A DNA stretch of 64,000 nucleotides. It comes from Gammaproteobacteria bacterium. GTDB taxonomy: Bacteria > Pseudomonadota > Gammaproteobacteria > Enterobacterales > Kangiellaceae. The stretch spans positions 43,113-107,112 of the forward strand of contig JABXHY010000018.1 in the NCBI GenBank assembly GCA_013373375.1, in the 5' to 3' direction. Below the pieces are notes generated by a model. The model made no database searches, was not told where the DNA came from, and worked only from the letters and a program-made list of their open reading frames with translations. The position numbers and the translations under genes are program-made. This document shows, piece by piece, positions 32,004 through 44,000 of this stretch; within the stretch, counting starts at the first letter, position 1; each line of letters starts with the position of its first letter.

Positions 32004-32870
32004 ATGGTTATGCCGACTGATCCTGAAACCAATTTGATTGAAAATCTGACAATTCCCCCTCGTCCGGAAGTCTTGACTCTTATCAATCGCGAGCGACAAG
32101 AAGAGTATCCTAATATCAAGAAAATTTCTGACGCTATTGGGCAAGATGTGAGCCTCTCTGCTGCAGTCTTTCAAATAATAAATTCTCCTGCTTTACGTTT
32201 AAGCAAGACCATTACAAGTATTCACCAAGCGGTTAATTTATTAGGTATTGAGCGCGTCGAACGAGTCGTCACTATTGTATCAATGCGTCAATCGGTTACT
32301 GGTAATCTTAACCTGGGGCGCTTTTGGGATAGCGCCGCTGAAGTAGCGAATCTTGCATCTCAGTTAACTGACAAACTTACCGGCGTTAATGTCGATGATG
32401 CCTATACTTTAGGGCTTTTCCACAACTGTGGAATACCTTTAATGATGCAAGCATTTGACGATTATAAAAATACACTTATCGAGATGAACGAGACAGATCT
32501 GTATCCGGTAACGCAAATTGAACAGAAGCGATATGGAATTACGCATACTAAGCTCAGTTATATGTTACTTAAAAAGTGGCATATGCCAATGCACATAGCA
32601 AAAGCCGCCTATTTTCATCTATATCGTTTTAGTGATTTGGTTAGTCAAAACCAATTAGATGGCGATGCATTGTCCTTAATTGCCATTTTAAAAATGGCAG
32701 AAAATATCAGTGATAGTTATCGAAAATCGATGAGAGCGACCGAAAATAAAAATGAGTGGGAGCAAACGAAAGATGATATTTTCCTTTTTCTCGGTATTGA
32801 CGATCATGATTACATCGAAATAAAAGAAGATATGCTCGAGTGGTTAGATCGCAACTGGGATGAGCAATAA
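32004..32870 (+). CDS. Stand-alone HDOD domain protein
   Basis: IPPRPEVL, IGQDVSLSAAVFQIINS, SIHQAVNLLG, YTLGLFHNCGIPL, LLKKWHMP. Confidence 0.85.
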   Translation: MVMPTDPETNLIENLTIPPRPEVLTLINRERQEEYPNIKKISDAIGQDVSLSAAVFQIINSPALRLSKTITSIHQAVNLLGIERVERVVTIVSMRQSVTGNLNLGRFWDSAAEVANLASQLTDKLTGVNVDDAYTLGLFHNCGIPLMMQAFDDYKNTLIEMNETDLYPVTQIEQKRYGITHTKLSYMLLKKWHMPMHIAKAAYFHLYRFSDLVSQNQLDGDALSLIAILKMAENISDSYRKSMRATENKNEWEQTKDDIFLFLGIDDHDYIEIKEDMLEWLDRNWDEQ

Positions 32871-32953
32871 TAAGCATATAAAAAGATAAAGCATGCAAAA
32901 ACCTCGAGGGTTGCCGTCTATTTTGAACTTTCTATTTTGAAATTGTTATCGAG

Positions 32954-34309
32954 TTAATCGTCTATTTTTGTTATTTCACTTGTTATCTTTCCTGCTCCAA
33001 GGCGTGTTTGTATGGTGTCGCCAATTGAAACCTGATTTGACGAATGAATTAATTTGTCATCTTTTAGTGTAATTGAGTATCCCCGGGCAAGAGTAGCAAG
33101 AGGGCTAATGGAATTAAGTTGTTGAGCTTTACTTGCTAATTTTTCATGACGTTGTTTTAAGAAAGTTTGCATACTAAACATCAGCCGCTCTTTTAAAGCT
33201 TTATTTGACGAGTCAACCTGATTGAGTTGTTTTTCAGGATGTGTTTTAAGTAATTTCACCTGTAGTTGACTCAGTTTGTGTTGTTGCTCCGAGAGTTGTT
33301 CTTTTACAGAGTTTATTAATTGATGCTTGTTTTGGTTGAGTTGAGCTGCATAAGAGTCGAGCAGTGGAACCGGGTTTTTTAATTTAGCAGTTGTTAACAG
33401 CAATGTTTGTTCGTAGTTTTTAATCGCTCGTTTCACGGAGCGCTGTAGAAATATTTCTGCACTGTCGATTTGTTGCAGTAATTGATGCTGATCGGGTGTT
33501 AACAGCTCTGCTGCTGCGGAAGGAGTTGGTGCTCGCAAATCCGCGACAAATTCCGCAATTGAAAAGTCGACTTCATGGCCTATAGCGGCAACGGTCGGTA
33601 ATTCACTATTCGCAATTGCATAAGCTAATGACTCATGATTAAAGCACCACATATCTTCTAGTGAACCTCCACCTCTGGTGATCAGCAGAACATCAACTTC
33701 TTTTCGTTTGTTCGCAATTTCTAATGCCGAGATAACTGTCGAGTGGGCGTTTTTTCCTTGTACTTGGCAAGGGTAGACAATTATTTCTATGAGAGGGAAA
33801 CGTCGTTGCATTACGGTAATAACGTCTTTTATTGCCGCGCCTGTTGGAGACGTAATGAGGCCGATACGTGAAATATTTTTGGGAATCGATTTTTTAGCAG
33901 CCGGATCGAGAAGCCCTTCTTCTGTTAATTTTTGTTTTAGTTGTTCAAACTGTAATTGCAAATTACCAAGGCCCGCAGGCTCAAGATAATCAATATTTAA
34001 TTGGTAATCACCGCGTGCTTCGTACAGTGATACTTTAGCGCGAGCATAGACTTTCATGCCGCTTTCAGGGCGAAACTTCGACAGTTGATTTCGGTTACGC
34101 CACATGGTGCATTTGACTTGTGCTGCATCATCTTTGAGTGTGAAGTACCAATGCCCAGACCCTGCAGCGATAAAGTTACTAATTTCGCCCTCAATCAGAA
34201 CTTGGCCAACAGAGTCCTCGAGCTGGTGTTTTACCTTTCGATTGAGCTCAGTGACTGTGATGTACTGGCGTTCGGTTGGGCGTCTGGGTTGTAACACTGG
34301 TTTTAGCAT
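32954..34309 (-). CDS. xseA: Exodeoxyribonuclease VII large subunit
   Basis: GEISNF...GHWYFTLKD, ITSPTGAAIKD, RGGGSLED, GHEVDFSIAEFVADLRAPTPSAAAE, LARGYS. ATG 34309 chosen over 34399. Confidence 0.97.
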   Translation of the reverse strand: MLKPVLQPRRPTERQYITVTELNRKVKHQLEDSVGQVLIEGEISNFIAAGSGHWYFTLKDDAAQVKCTMWRNRNQLSKFRPESGMKVYARAKVSLYEARGDYQLNIDYLEPAGLGNLQLQFEQLKQKLTEEGLLDPAAKKSIPKNISRIGLITSPTGAAIKDVITVMQRRFPLIEIIVYPCQVQGKNAHSTVISALEIANKRKEVDVLLITRGGGSLEDMWCFNHESLAYAIANSELPTVAAIGHEVDFSIAEFVADLRAPTPSAAAELLTPDQHQLLQQIDSAEIFLQRSVKRAIKNYEQTLLLTTAKLKNPVPLLDSYAAQLNQNKHQLINSVKEQLSEQQHKLSQLQVKLLKTHPEKQLNQVDSSNKALKERLMFSMQTFLKQRHEKLASKAQQLNSISPLATLARGYSITLKDDKLIHSSNQVSIGDTIQTRLGAGKITSEITKIDD

Positions 34310-34534
34310 GCTTTTACCTAAATAAATCACCAAAGAGTGGTTTAGAAAGAATTTCCCAAGTTTTGTTAATAACCATATGATATCGCAATGGTTTAACAAA
34401 TGGTTAACGGGCCAAGTGTATCAGTTTTGTATCGAAATTAAGGAAGTTAACTACTTTATTTAATAGATAAACGCATCTGAAGCCCGAAAACAGGAGTTTT
34501 CGCAGGGTTTTTCAGGAAAACTGCTCGAGGCTAA

Positions 34535-34570
34535 TTGTCCTCATTTTTCAATAAATGTTATAATCCCGCT
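34535..34570 (+). promoter_or_regulatory. sigma70 promoter of guaBA (extended -10)
   Basis: TTGTCC (34535-40), 18 bp, TG-n-TATAAT (34556-64), GC discriminator CCCGC. Confidence 0.7.
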
Positions 34571-34609
34571 TTGGTTTTCCAACCGTTTACCCGTAAGGTG
34601 ATTCTCTTT

Positions 34610-36076
34610 ATGCGCATTATTCAGGAAGCTCTCACTTTCGATGACGTTTTACTCGTTCCGGCACACTCGACAGTTTTGCCACACACAGCGAACCTAAAAA
34701 CGCAATTAACTCGCGAAATATCACTCAATATTCCATTGGTCTCAGCCGCTATGGATACCGTAACTGAGTCAGGCTTGGCGATTGCGCTTGCTCAAGAAGG
34801 CGGAATTGGATTTATCCATAAGAATATGACCATTGAGCGACAAGCCAATGAAGTTCGAAAAGTAAAAAAATTCGAAAGCGGAGTGGTCAATGACCCAATC
34901 ACAGTGACTCCCGATATTACCATTGCAGAGCTAAAACGAATTACTGCAGAGAATGGTATTTCTGGTGTACCGGTTGTTGAAGGCGAAGAACTAGTTGGTA
35001 TTGTAACCAGCCGGGATGTCAGATTTGAAACTCATTTGGATCGCCCAATTTCAACTATCATGACACCAAAAGAGCGATTGGTTACCGTGAAAGAAGGCGC
35101 AGAAACTGAAGAAGCGCTCGCTTTGATGCATAAACATCGTATTGAAAAGGTATTAATGGTCGATGATGCGTTTCATCTTAAAGGATTGGTAACTGTAAAA
35201 GACATTCAAAAAGCTGAAGATAAACCAAATGCTTGTAAAGACTCTCTCGGACATTTACGAGTAGGCGCGGCAGTTGGTACCGGAGCAGATACCGATGAGC
35301 GAGTTGCTGCACTAGTAGCAGCAGGTGTTGATGTTGTTTTAGTTGATACCTCTCACGGTCATTCTCAAGGAGTGCTCGATAGAATTAAATGGGTCAAACA
35401 AAATTATCCTGATATTCAAGTTATTGGTGGAAACATTGCAACCGCTGCAGGAGCTTTAGCTTTAGTCGAAGCAGGTGCTGATGGCGTTAAGGTTGGTATT
35501 GGGCCTGGTTCAATTTGTACCACGCGGATTGTAACGGGAGTTGGTGTACCACAGATTTCTGCCGTTGCCAGTGTTGCAGAAGCCCTTGCTTCAAAAGGGG
35601 TTCCGCTAATAGCCGATGGTGGCATTCGCTATTCAGGTGATATGTGTAAGGCATTTGCCGCTGGCGCTTACGTTGTTATGGTTGGCAGTATGCTCGCTGG
35701 TACAGAAGAGGCTCCTGGAGAAGTTGAGCTATACCAAGGGCGCTCTTACAAATCCTATCGTGGCATGGGATCGTTAGGCGCTATGTCACAAAAGCAAGGC
35801 TCCAGCGATCGTTACTTCCAATCGTCAAATGCAGCTGACAAACTTGTGCCTGAAGGCATAGAAGGCCGAGTCCCTTATAAAGGCTCTTTGGTAAGTATCA
35901 TTCATCAAATGATGGGTGGTCTTCGAAGCTCAATGGGGTTGACTGGATGTCAAACAATGGACGAGATGCGTACCAAGGCCGAGTTTGTGAAGGTGACGGC
36001 CGCTGGCATGAATGAATCACATGTCCACGATGTTCAAATAACGAAAGAAGCGCCAAACTATCAAGTTGGTAAATAA
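34610..36076 (+). CDS. guaB: IMP dehydrogenase
   Basis: [22 protein letters not shown] pair, [31 protein letters not shown] 34610. Confidence 0.98.
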   Translation: MRIIQEALTFDDVLLVPAHSTVLPHTANLKTQLTREISLNIPLVSAAMDTVTESGLAIALAQEGGIGFIHKNMTIERQANEVRKVKKFESGVVNDPITVTPDITIAELKRITAENGISGVPVVEGEELVGIVTSRDVRFETHLDRPISTIMTPKERLVTVKEGAETEEALALMHKHRIEKVLMVDDAFHLKGLVTVKDIQKAEDKPNACKDSLGHLRVGAAVGTGADTDERVAALVAAGVDVVLVDTSHGHSQGVLDRIKWVKQNYPDIQVIGGNIATAAGALALVEAGADGVKVGIGPGSICTTRIVTGVGVPQISAVASVAEALASKGVPLIADGGIRYSGDMCKAFAAGAYVVMVGSMLAGTEEAPGEVELYQGRSYKSYRGMGSLGAMSQKQGSSDRYFQSSNAADKLVPEGIEGRVPYKGSLVSIIHQMMGGLRSSMGLTGCQTMDEMRTKAEFVKVTAAGMNESHVHDVQITKEAPNYQVGK

Positions 36077-36093
36077 AACAGTTCCTAGAGTAA

Positions 36094-36130
36094 AGAAAAG
36101 CCGGAACAATAAGTTACCGGCTTTTCTATT
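36094..36130 (+). terminator. Terminator-like hairpin between guaB and guaA
   Basis: AGAAAAGCCGG (36094-104) / CCGGCTTTTCT (36117-127). Confidence 0.6.
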
Positions 36131-36225
36131 AGATATTTTCTTTTAGATAAAGTTTAGTTAAGAGTTAATAAACGGTTCGAAGTATTACTTCAGCTCACAT
36201 AGAGCTGTTACGAAAGGTAAACACT

Positions 36226-37803
36226 ATGTCCAAAGACATTCATTCCAGCAGAATTTTAATTTTAGATTTTGGCTCTCAATACACACAGCTCATTGCGCGC
36301 CGCATTCGTGAAATAGGTGTGTACTGTGAACTTTATCCGTTTGATTTAGATGAAGAAGCCATTCGAGAATTTGCGCCTCATGGCGTTATTTTATCTGGTG
36401 GGCCTGAAAGCGTAACTGAAGCTACTACTCCTCGTGCATCAAATGTCATATTTGAACTTGGAGTTCCAGTTCTAGGTATTTGTTATGGTATGCAAACTAT
36501 GGCTGCTCAGCTCGGCGGAGAAGTAGCTGGCTCAACGGAAAGAGAGTTTGGATATGCGCAAGTTAAGCACGTTGGTGAGTCAGAGTTATTTACGGGAATT
36601 GAAGATCACGCTGATGCGAATGGTGAAGGTTTACTGGACGTATGGATGAGTCATGGTGATAAAGTAACTGCATTACCATCAGGATTTGAATGTATTGGCA
36701 GCAGTGGTAATGCTCCGTTTGCGGCAATGGCAGATGAAAAACGTCATTTTTATGGTGTGCAATTTCACCCTGAAGTCACTCATACTCGTCAAGGTGGTCG
36801 AATCCTCGAACGGTTTGCTCTGAAAATTTGTGGCTGTGAAGCCTTGTGGACCGCCGGCAATATCATCGACGATGCAGTTGAGCAAATCCAACAGCAAGTG
36901 GGCGACGACGAGGTGATTCTTGGTTTATCTGGCGGTGTTGATTCTTCCGTTACTGCAGCCTTGTTAAATAAAGCAATTGGCAAAAACTTAACATGTGTGT
37001 TTGTTGATAATGGATTGCTGCGTTTAAACGAAGGTGACCAGGTCATGGCCATGTTCGGAAAACACATGGGCCTGAACATCATTCGAGTTGATGCAGAAGA
37101 TCGATTCATGAATGAATTAAAAGGTGTCAGTGATCCTGAGGATAAACGAAAAGTTATCGGACGTGTTTTTGTTGAGGTATTTGAGGAAGAATCAAAAAAA
37201 CTCAAATCAGCAAAATGGTTAGCTCAAGGTACTATTTACCCTGACGTAATCGAGTCAGCTGGTGCTAAAACTGGTAAAGCACATGTTATCAAGTCACACC
37301 ACAATGTAGGTGGTTTGCCAGAAGATATGGAACTTGAATTAGTCGAGCCGCTCCGCGAGTTATTTAAAGACGAAGTGAGAAAAATTGGATTGGAATTAGG
37401 CCTACCTTACGACATGCTTTATCGACATCCCTTCCCAGGGCCTGGTTTAGGCGTGAGAATTTTAGGAGAAGTTAATAAAGATTATGCTGACTTACTCCGT
37501 CGTGCCGATGCAATTTATATCGAAGAACTTTATAAACATGACTTGTACCACAAAACATCACAAGCATTTACTGTGTTCTTACCAGTAAAATCAGTTGGAG
37601 TAATGGGTGATGCGAGGAAATACGATTATGTTGTATCTTTGCGTGCAGTTGAAACCATTGATTTTATGACCGCTCGCTGGGCTCATTTGCCTTATGAATT
37701 TTTAGAGCATGTTTCTAATCGAATCATAAATGAAATTGATGGTATTTCCCGAGTGACTTACGACATTTCATCGAAACCACCGGCGACTATTGAGTGGGAA
37801 TAA
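36226..37803 (+). CDS. guaA: GMP synthase (glutamine-hydrolysing)
   Basis: [46 protein letters not shown]. Confidence 0.98.
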   Translation: MSKDIHSSRILILDFGSQYTQLIARRIREIGVYCELYPFDLDEEAIREFAPHGVILSGGPESVTEATTPRASNVIFELGVPVLGICYGMQTMAAQLGGEVAGSTEREFGYAQVKHVGESELFTGIEDHADANGEGLLDVWMSHGDKVTALPSGFECIGSSGNAPFAAMADEKRHFYGVQFHPEVTHTRQGGRILERFALKICGCEALWTAGNIIDDAVEQIQQQVGDDEVILGLSGGVDSSVTAALLNKAIGKNLTCVFVDNGLLRLNEGDQVMAMFGKHMGLNIIRVDAEDRFMNELKGVSDPEDKRKVIGRVFVEVFEEESKKLKSAKWLAQGTIYPDVIESAGAKTGKAHVIKSHHNVGGLPEDMELELVEPLRELFKDEVRKIGLELGLPYDMLYRHPFPGPGLGVRILGEVNKDYADLLRRADAIYIEELYKHDLYHKTSQAFTVFLPVKSVGVMGDARKYDYVVSLRAVETIDFMTARWAHLPYEFLEHVSNRIINEIDGISRVTYDISSKPPATIEWE

Positions 37804-37855
37804 TCGATTTAATGAGTGCAAAAAAGTTCGGCACAAAACAAGTCTCAGCAGGTTA

Positions 37856-38422
37856 ATGTTTAAGTCTTTATTAAAAATTTTTCTTGGCGCTAATAATCAA
37901 AACTTGGTTGTTAGCGTCGATAAGCCGACTTTCAATGATGACGATCGACAGTTTATGAGGCGAGCGCTCGAATTAGCTCGACAAGCAGCTGATAATAATG
38001 AAGTCCCGGTTGGAGCTGTTTTAGTAAAGAGTGGAAAAATAATTGGTGAAGGATGTAACCAATCAATAATTCAGTCCGATCCTACCGCCCATGCAGAAAT
38101 CCAAGCACTCAGAAATGCTGGCAAGAATTTAAATAATTATCGTTTGGTTGATACAACTTTGTATGTATCACTGGAGCCGTGCCCAATGTGTGTTGGCAGT
38201 TTAATTCATGCAAGAGTTAGCCGAGTGGTTTTTGCAGCTTCGGATTTAAAAACCGGAGCTTGCGGCTCAGCACTGAACTTGATTCAAGATTCATCTCATA
38301 ATCATCGCGTTATCGTAGAGAAAGGACTTATGGCTGAAGAAGCTAGCCAACTAATTTCGAGCTTTTTCAGGCGACGCCGAGCAGAAAAGCGATTAGAAAG
38401 ACAAGACTCAACTAAAAATTAA
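37856..38422 (+). CDS. tadA: tRNA adenosine(34) deaminase
   Basis: FMRRAL, EVPVGAV, DPTAHAE, NYRL, SLEPCPMC, NH...E...FFRRRR. Start uncertain (ATG 37856 vs TTG 37790). Confidence 0.95.
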   Translation: MFKSLLKIFLGANNQNLVVSVDKPTFNDDDRQFMRRALELARQAADNNEVPVGAVLVKSGKIIGEGCNQSIIQSDPTAHAEIQALRNAGKNLNNYRLVDTTLYVSLEPCPMCVGSLIHARVSRVVFAASDLKTGACGSALNLIQDSSHNHRVIVEKGLMAEEASQLISSFFRRRRAEKRLERQDSTKN

Positions 38423-38564
38423 AGAACTTTGTTGTTAAGATCGAAGAAACGTAACAAAACTTGTGAATTTAGCTTGGCTTATTGTCAACTGAGTTATACT
38501 CAGACTTGAATAATATCTTAAGTAAACTAGCTTTAAAGTATGCGAACTAAAAGGAATAACCTCT

Positions 38565-39773
38565 GTGGAAAAGGTTTTAGTCGTTGATGACGATCCAATG
38601 ATAAGAATGGCACACGAGCGCATGCTCAGTGATAACTTTGAGGTATCAAGTGTTGATTCTGGCAGGCAGGTCTTAGAAACATTTGAACAACACAAGCCAG
38701 ATGTGATTCTATTGGATGTAAATTTGCCTGATTTATCTGGCTTTGAAGTCTGCCAAAGATTGCATGAGAAAGGATTACTAAAACATACCGCCGTCATTTT
38801 TGTTTCAGGGCATACTGATTTAGAAACTCGGATTACAGCTTTTAATTCAGGTGGTGACGATTTTATCGGCAAACCGCTTGATCCTGTTGAGCTGCTTTCA
38901 AAAATGGAAGTACTGAATAGTCGAAAACGAAAAGTATCAAAAATTTCTCAAGATTTAAAAGAAGCGCAAGAAGCTGTCATGACTGTACTTTCAACGAGCA
39001 GTGAGTTGGGGCGAGTTATGCAGTTTGTGGAACACTCCTTTTCATTACACAGTATTGAAAAGTTGATCAATAGTGCATTTGAACTACTAAATAGTTTTGG
39101 TCTGAAGTCTGCTTGTATGACCGAAGTGAATATGGAGAAAAGCTTTTTTTCTAGTGGTGGAGTTATTAAGCCTATAGAACAAGAGTTACTGGAACTATTA
39201 AGAACAAAAGGTCGTTTTTACGATTTTAATGCGAGAACTCAAACTAATTACTCGCATGTTTCATTACTGATAAAAAACATGCCTCTTGGAGAGCCCGAAA
39301 AATACGGCCGTATTAAGGATTTAATTCCCGCCATTATGGGATGTTTAAACTCTCGCTTAACTCAAATTGAGGCACAAAAGACCTTAATAAAACAGTCAAA
39401 AGATTTAGTTTATTCTTTTGATGTTATTCAAGCGACAATGCGCACGTTAACCTCCTCTTTAGGTGGAAATCAACAGAAAGCGACTGATCGTCTACATAAA
39501 ATGGTATACGAGTTACAAGTCTTTATTCAAAAACTTGGCCTTGAAGAAGACCAGGAAGATCGAGTCATTCGATATGTGGATGAGGCAGTAGAAGGATCGT
39601 TAAAGCTACTTGATGCGGGCGACACTATTTTTAGTTCATTTGAACAAATACTTTCGAGCCTACAAGAAACCATTGAAAATCAAAATAAAGTAGTAGCGCG
39701 AATAACTGAAGAGCAAGAGGCCTCTACCAATCAGCAAGATGTTGCTGATGGTGATGATATAGAGTTATTTTAA
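38565..39773 (+). CDS. Response regulator: REC domain plus uncharacterised output domain and acidic tail
   Basis: VLVVDDD, LLDVNLPDLSG (phospho-Asp), FIGKP. No HTH, GGDEF or PP2C motif after REC. Ends DDIELF. Confidence 0.8.
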   Translation: MEKVLVVDDDPMIRMAHERMLSDNFEVSSVDSGRQVLETFEQHKPDVILLDVNLPDLSGFEVCQRLHEKGLLKHTAVIFVSGHTDLETRITAFNSGGDDFIGKPLDPVELLSKMEVLNSRKRKVSKISQDLKEAQEAVMTVLSTSSELGRVMQFVEHSFSLHSIEKLINSAFELLNSFGLKSACMTEVNMEKSFFSSGGVIKPIEQELLELLRTKGRFYDFNARTQTNYSHVSLLIKNMPLGEPEKYGRIKDLIPAIMGCLNSRLTQIEAQKTLIKQSKDLVYSFDVIQATMRTLTSSLGGNQQKATDRLHKMVYELQVFIQKLGLEEDQEDRVIRYVDEAVEGSLKLLDAGDTIFSSFEQILSSLQETIENQNKVVARITEEQEASTNQQDVADGDDIELF

Positions 39774-39845
39774 ACTATTTTTTGAGAGTTTCAGAGCGCT
39801 CTATTGGACGATAATTTTTTTGTGAAATTTATCGGGTAAATAGAT

Positions 39846-40736
39846 TTACAGTAATAAAACAACTACTACGCCAGTTAGTGTAAGAGCGCTACCCATGATC
39901 TTTTTTACGGAAATGGATTCTTTTAAGAATAACCAGGCGAATACAACAATAAAAATAAAGTTGGTTTCGTTTAAGATAGCTGCAATCGAGGCATCGGTAA
40001 ATTTGTAGCCTGCTAGCCAAAGTGTCATTGCAATGTAAGCACCCAAAATACTGGATAATATAATTTGCGGCCACTTTTCAACCTTTATAAGCGCATTAAA
40101 TGTTGTTATAAGGCGACGCTGCAACATTAAATAAACAAGCATCCCAAGTACCCCGATCAATAATCGAGCACCAGTAACGAAGAAAAAAGGTTGTTGCTCA
40201 ACGATTGGCTTTATCATGACCACGCCAAGTGCCGTTAGAAATACCGATGTGGCCGCGTATAAGATACCTTTAAAAGGGTGAGAGGTTTCGAGGACTCTTT
40301 GAGGTTTATCCAGACTAATCAGAATAATACCAGACAGAACTATAAGCATTCCCAGCCACTGCCAGTAAGATAAACTTTCTCCAAGATAAATAAGCGATAG
40401 AAATACAACACTTGGGCTGTAAAGCGCAGCAATGATCCCAGTACTGCCTGCTCCAATGGTATTGAGCGCCTTCATATACAATGTATCGGCAATGGCGATT
40501 CCAATGAGACCACTAATAATAAGCACGGTCCATTCATGAAGTGTCAGACTTGGCCACTGTAGTCCTTCGAATAGTAAAGAGGTTAAAGCGAGTAGTACAA
40601 AGCCTATAGTATTTTTAACGAGATTTAATTCAAAAGCGGGCAGACGAGAGCCAATTTTTGTGAACATAATGACGGCTATCGCCCAAACCAAAGCGCTGGA
40701 TAGGGCAAAGATTTCACCAATACCAATCATCGACAA
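39846..40736 (-). CDS. DMT/EamA family transporter
   Basis: About 10 TMs in two EamA-like halves (ALNTIGAG, YLGESLS / AGYKFTDA, FLKESIS). Confidence 0.88.
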   Translation of the reverse strand: MSMIGIGEIFALSSALVWAIAVIMFTKIGSRLPAFELNLVKNTIGFVLLALTSLLFEGLQWPSLTLHEWTVLIISGLIGIAIADTLYMKALNTIGAGSTGIIAALYSPSVVFLSLIYLGESLSYWQWLGMLIVLSGIILISLDKPQRVLETSHPFKGILYAATSVFLTALGVVMIKPIVEQQPFFFVTGARLLIGVLGMLVYLMLQRRLITTFNALIKVEKWPQIILSSILGAYIAMTLWLAGYKFTDASIAAILNETNFIFIVVFAWLFLKESISVKKIMGSALTLTGVVVVLLL

Positions 40737-40983
40737 TCCTGATAAAAATAGAATTACAACCTGTCACACATGATTAACTCATGTGCTTAGCGTACGGATA
40801 AAAGGCGGCTAGTTTAGATAATGAAGCGTCAAAAAGGTAGTTTTTTATTCCTTCTGGTCGTACCTGTATTCGAAAATTGGACAAACGTGCAAGGATTCTT
40901 CTTCGCTATTTTTCTTCACCTAGTATTCAATGGTAAAATTTGCCACCCAGAAAAACAGGCGTGTCTTGTTTAAATAACACTTT

Positions 40984-41000
40984 TTATTGAAAATCAATAA
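40984..41000. promoter_or_regulatory. Inverted repeat upstream of icmF, candidate operator
   Basis: TTATTGA-AAA-TCAATAA, ending 35 bp before the icmF ATG. AT-rich, so possibly chance. Confidence 0.3.
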
Positions 41001-41035
41001 GATACGAAATATAACTCTGACATTTGGAGACGGTT

Positions 41036-44000
41036 ATGGCCGACAAAGCAGTTCCTTACCAATCTACTAACAAAGTCCGTGTTGTAACTGCGGCATCTTT
41101 GTTTGATGGTCACGACGCAGCGATCAATATTATGCGTCGGATTATTCAGTCAACGGGCTGTGAGGTTATACACCTTGGACATAATCGCTCTGTTCAAGAA
41201 ATCGTCGACTGTGCGATACAAGAAGATGTTCAAGCAATAGCAATGACATCCTATCAAGGTGGGCATGTTGAATATTTGAAGTATATGTACGACCTGCTCA
41301 ATGAAAGAGGCTGCGGGCATATTAAATTATTTGCAGGCGGCGGCGGTGTCATTTTACCGGAAGAAATTAAAGAACTGCACGACTACGGTATAACCAAAGT
41401 TTACTCGCCAGATGATGGGAGAGAGCTTGGTTTGCAAGGCATGATCAATGATTTGGTCAAACGTTCTGATTTCCCGACCGGTGATAGTTTAGATAATGAA
41501 CAGAAGAACCTTTCACCACAAAACCCAAACGCTATTGCGAAGTTGATTTCTGCTGCAGAAAACTATCGAAATGATAATAGTGATCTTTTTGCAGATATAA
41601 AAAAATCAGCAGACGCATCGAAAACTCCAGTGCTGGGTATCACCGGAACCGGAGGCGCTGGAAAGTCATCATTGGTAGATGAACTGGTGCGTCGCTTCCT
41701 ATTAGATTTTCCGGAAAAAAATATAGCGATAATTTCTGTGGATCCATCGAAACGAAAAACGGGCGGAGCTTTACTCGGTGATCGTATCCGAATGAATGCA
41801 ATTAACTCTGATCGTGTTTACATGCGCTCCCTTGCCACTCGTCAATCTAACTTAGCTTTATCTCCACACGTACAGGACGCAGTGAATATCGTAAAGTCTG
41901 CAGGATTTGATCTGGTTATTTTAGAGACGTCAGGCATTGGCCAATCGGATACCGAAATCGTTGAGCATTCGAATATGTCGATGTATGTCATGACTCCTGA
42001 ATTTGGTGCCGCAACTCAATTAGAAAAAATTGATATGCTTGATTTTGCGGATATTGTCGCAATTAATAAGTTCGATAAACGTGGAGCACTGGACGCACTG
42101 CGGGATGTAAAAAAGCAGTATCAACGTAATAATAATTTGTTCGAGAAAAATGCTGACGAAATGCCTGTGTACGGGACAATTGCGAGCCAATTTAATGATC
42201 CTGGTACCAATGCACTTTATAAAGCCATTATGGATACTTTAGTCGTCAAAACGGGTGTTGAGTTAAATTCGAATTTTGAAATTACAGATGAGATGTCAGA
42301 GAAGATTTACATTATCCCTCCAAAACGAACTCGTTATTTGGCAGAAATAGCTGAGAACAATCGTAAGTATGATGAGTGGGTAATTGAACAGGCTGAGATT
42401 GCAGAAAAGCTCTATGGTTTAAATAACTCAATCGAAACCATAAATGAAATGTCAGACTCTAATGGTGACGTTGTGCCACAGCTTAAAAAGGTCTATGAAG
42501 ACATTGATCTGAAGCTTGATGGTCAAAACAAAAAAATTCTAGAAGACTGGCCAACTAAAAAAGAAGCATACCAAGCAGATGAGTTTGTGTACCAAGTTCG
42601 TGGCAAAGACATAAAAGTACAAACAAAAAGCGAGTCTTTGGCTCATAATAAAATACCCAAAATATCGGTTCCTAAATATCGTAGTTGGGGTGATGTTTTG
42701 AAGTGGAATTTGCAAGAAAATTTTCCTGGAGAATTTCCCTATACAGCCGGTGTTTTCCCATTTAAAAGAGAAGGTGAAGATCCAACTAGAATGTTTGCTG
42801 GAGAGGGCGGCCCAGAAAGAACTAACCGACGCTTTCACTATGTGTCATTAGGTATGCCCGCAAAACGATTGTCAACAGCTTTTGACTCGGTAACTCTTTA
42901 CGGTGAAGATCCTGATTTTCGACCTGATATTTACGGTAAAATTGGAAATTCAGGCGTATCAATTTGCTGCCTTGATGATGCCAAAAAATTGTATTCTGGT
43001 TTTAATCTTGCAGATCCCAAAACATCTGTTTCAATGACTATTAATGGACCTGCGCCAATTTTAGTTGGCTTTTTTATGAATGCAGCAATCGATCAACAAT
43101 GCGAAATTTATATTAAAGAGAACGGCATTGAATCTGATGTAAAACAAAAAATCGAATCTATCTATAAGGAAAAAGGACAGCCGGTTCCGACTTATCAAGG
43201 AGAGCTACCCGAAGGTAACGATGGACTTGGTTTAATGTTACTCGGCGTGACAGGCGATCAAGTATTGCCAAAAGATGCATATGAAAAAATAAAAGCAGAA
43301 ACGTTAAGTGCTGTACGTGGAACGGTTCAAGCCGATATTCTAAAAGAAGACCAAGCGCAAAATACTTGTATTTTTTCAACTGAATTTGCACTTCGTCTAA
43401 TGGGAGATGTTCAAGAATATTTTATTGATCATAATGTTCGCAATTTTTACTCAGTATCTATTTCGGGTTATCACATTGCCGAAGCAGGTGCGAACCCTAT
43501 TTCTCAACTAGCATTTACCTTAGCAAATGGATTTACCTTTATTGAGTATTATCTGGCTCGTGGCATGGATATCAATAAATTTGCTCCAAATTTCTCGTTC
43601 TTTTTCTCAAACGGAATGGATCCAGAGTATGCCGTAATGGGACGCGTTGCGCGCCGAATTTGGGCGAAAGCACTCAAGCTTTTATATAAAGCGGATCCTA
43701 GAGCACAAATGCTCAAGTATCATATTCAAACATCTGGTCGCTCGTTACATGCTCAAGAAATTGACTTTAATGACATTCGAACCACGCTTCAGGCGTTATA
43801 TGCAATTTACGATAACTGTAATTCATTGCACACCAACGCATATGATGAAGCGATCACAACTCCTACTGAAGAGTCAGTACGCCGCGCGATGGCGATACAG
43901 TTGATTATTAATCGTGAACTTGGTTTAGCGAAAAACCAGAATCCGCTTCAGGGAGCATTCATAATTGAAGAGTTAACTGATTTGGTCGAAGAAGCGGTTC

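Noticed and set aside
37792-37803. Genomic island at the guaA 3'-end integration hotspot (GAGTGGGA)
   Set aside because: The motif is simply the end of guaA. tadA follows directly, with no integrase and no second copy noticed, so the site appears empty.
40737-41035. Cobalamin riboswitch upstream of icmF
   Set aside because: No B12-box or GGGAA/GCAACTG core elements could be found by eye.
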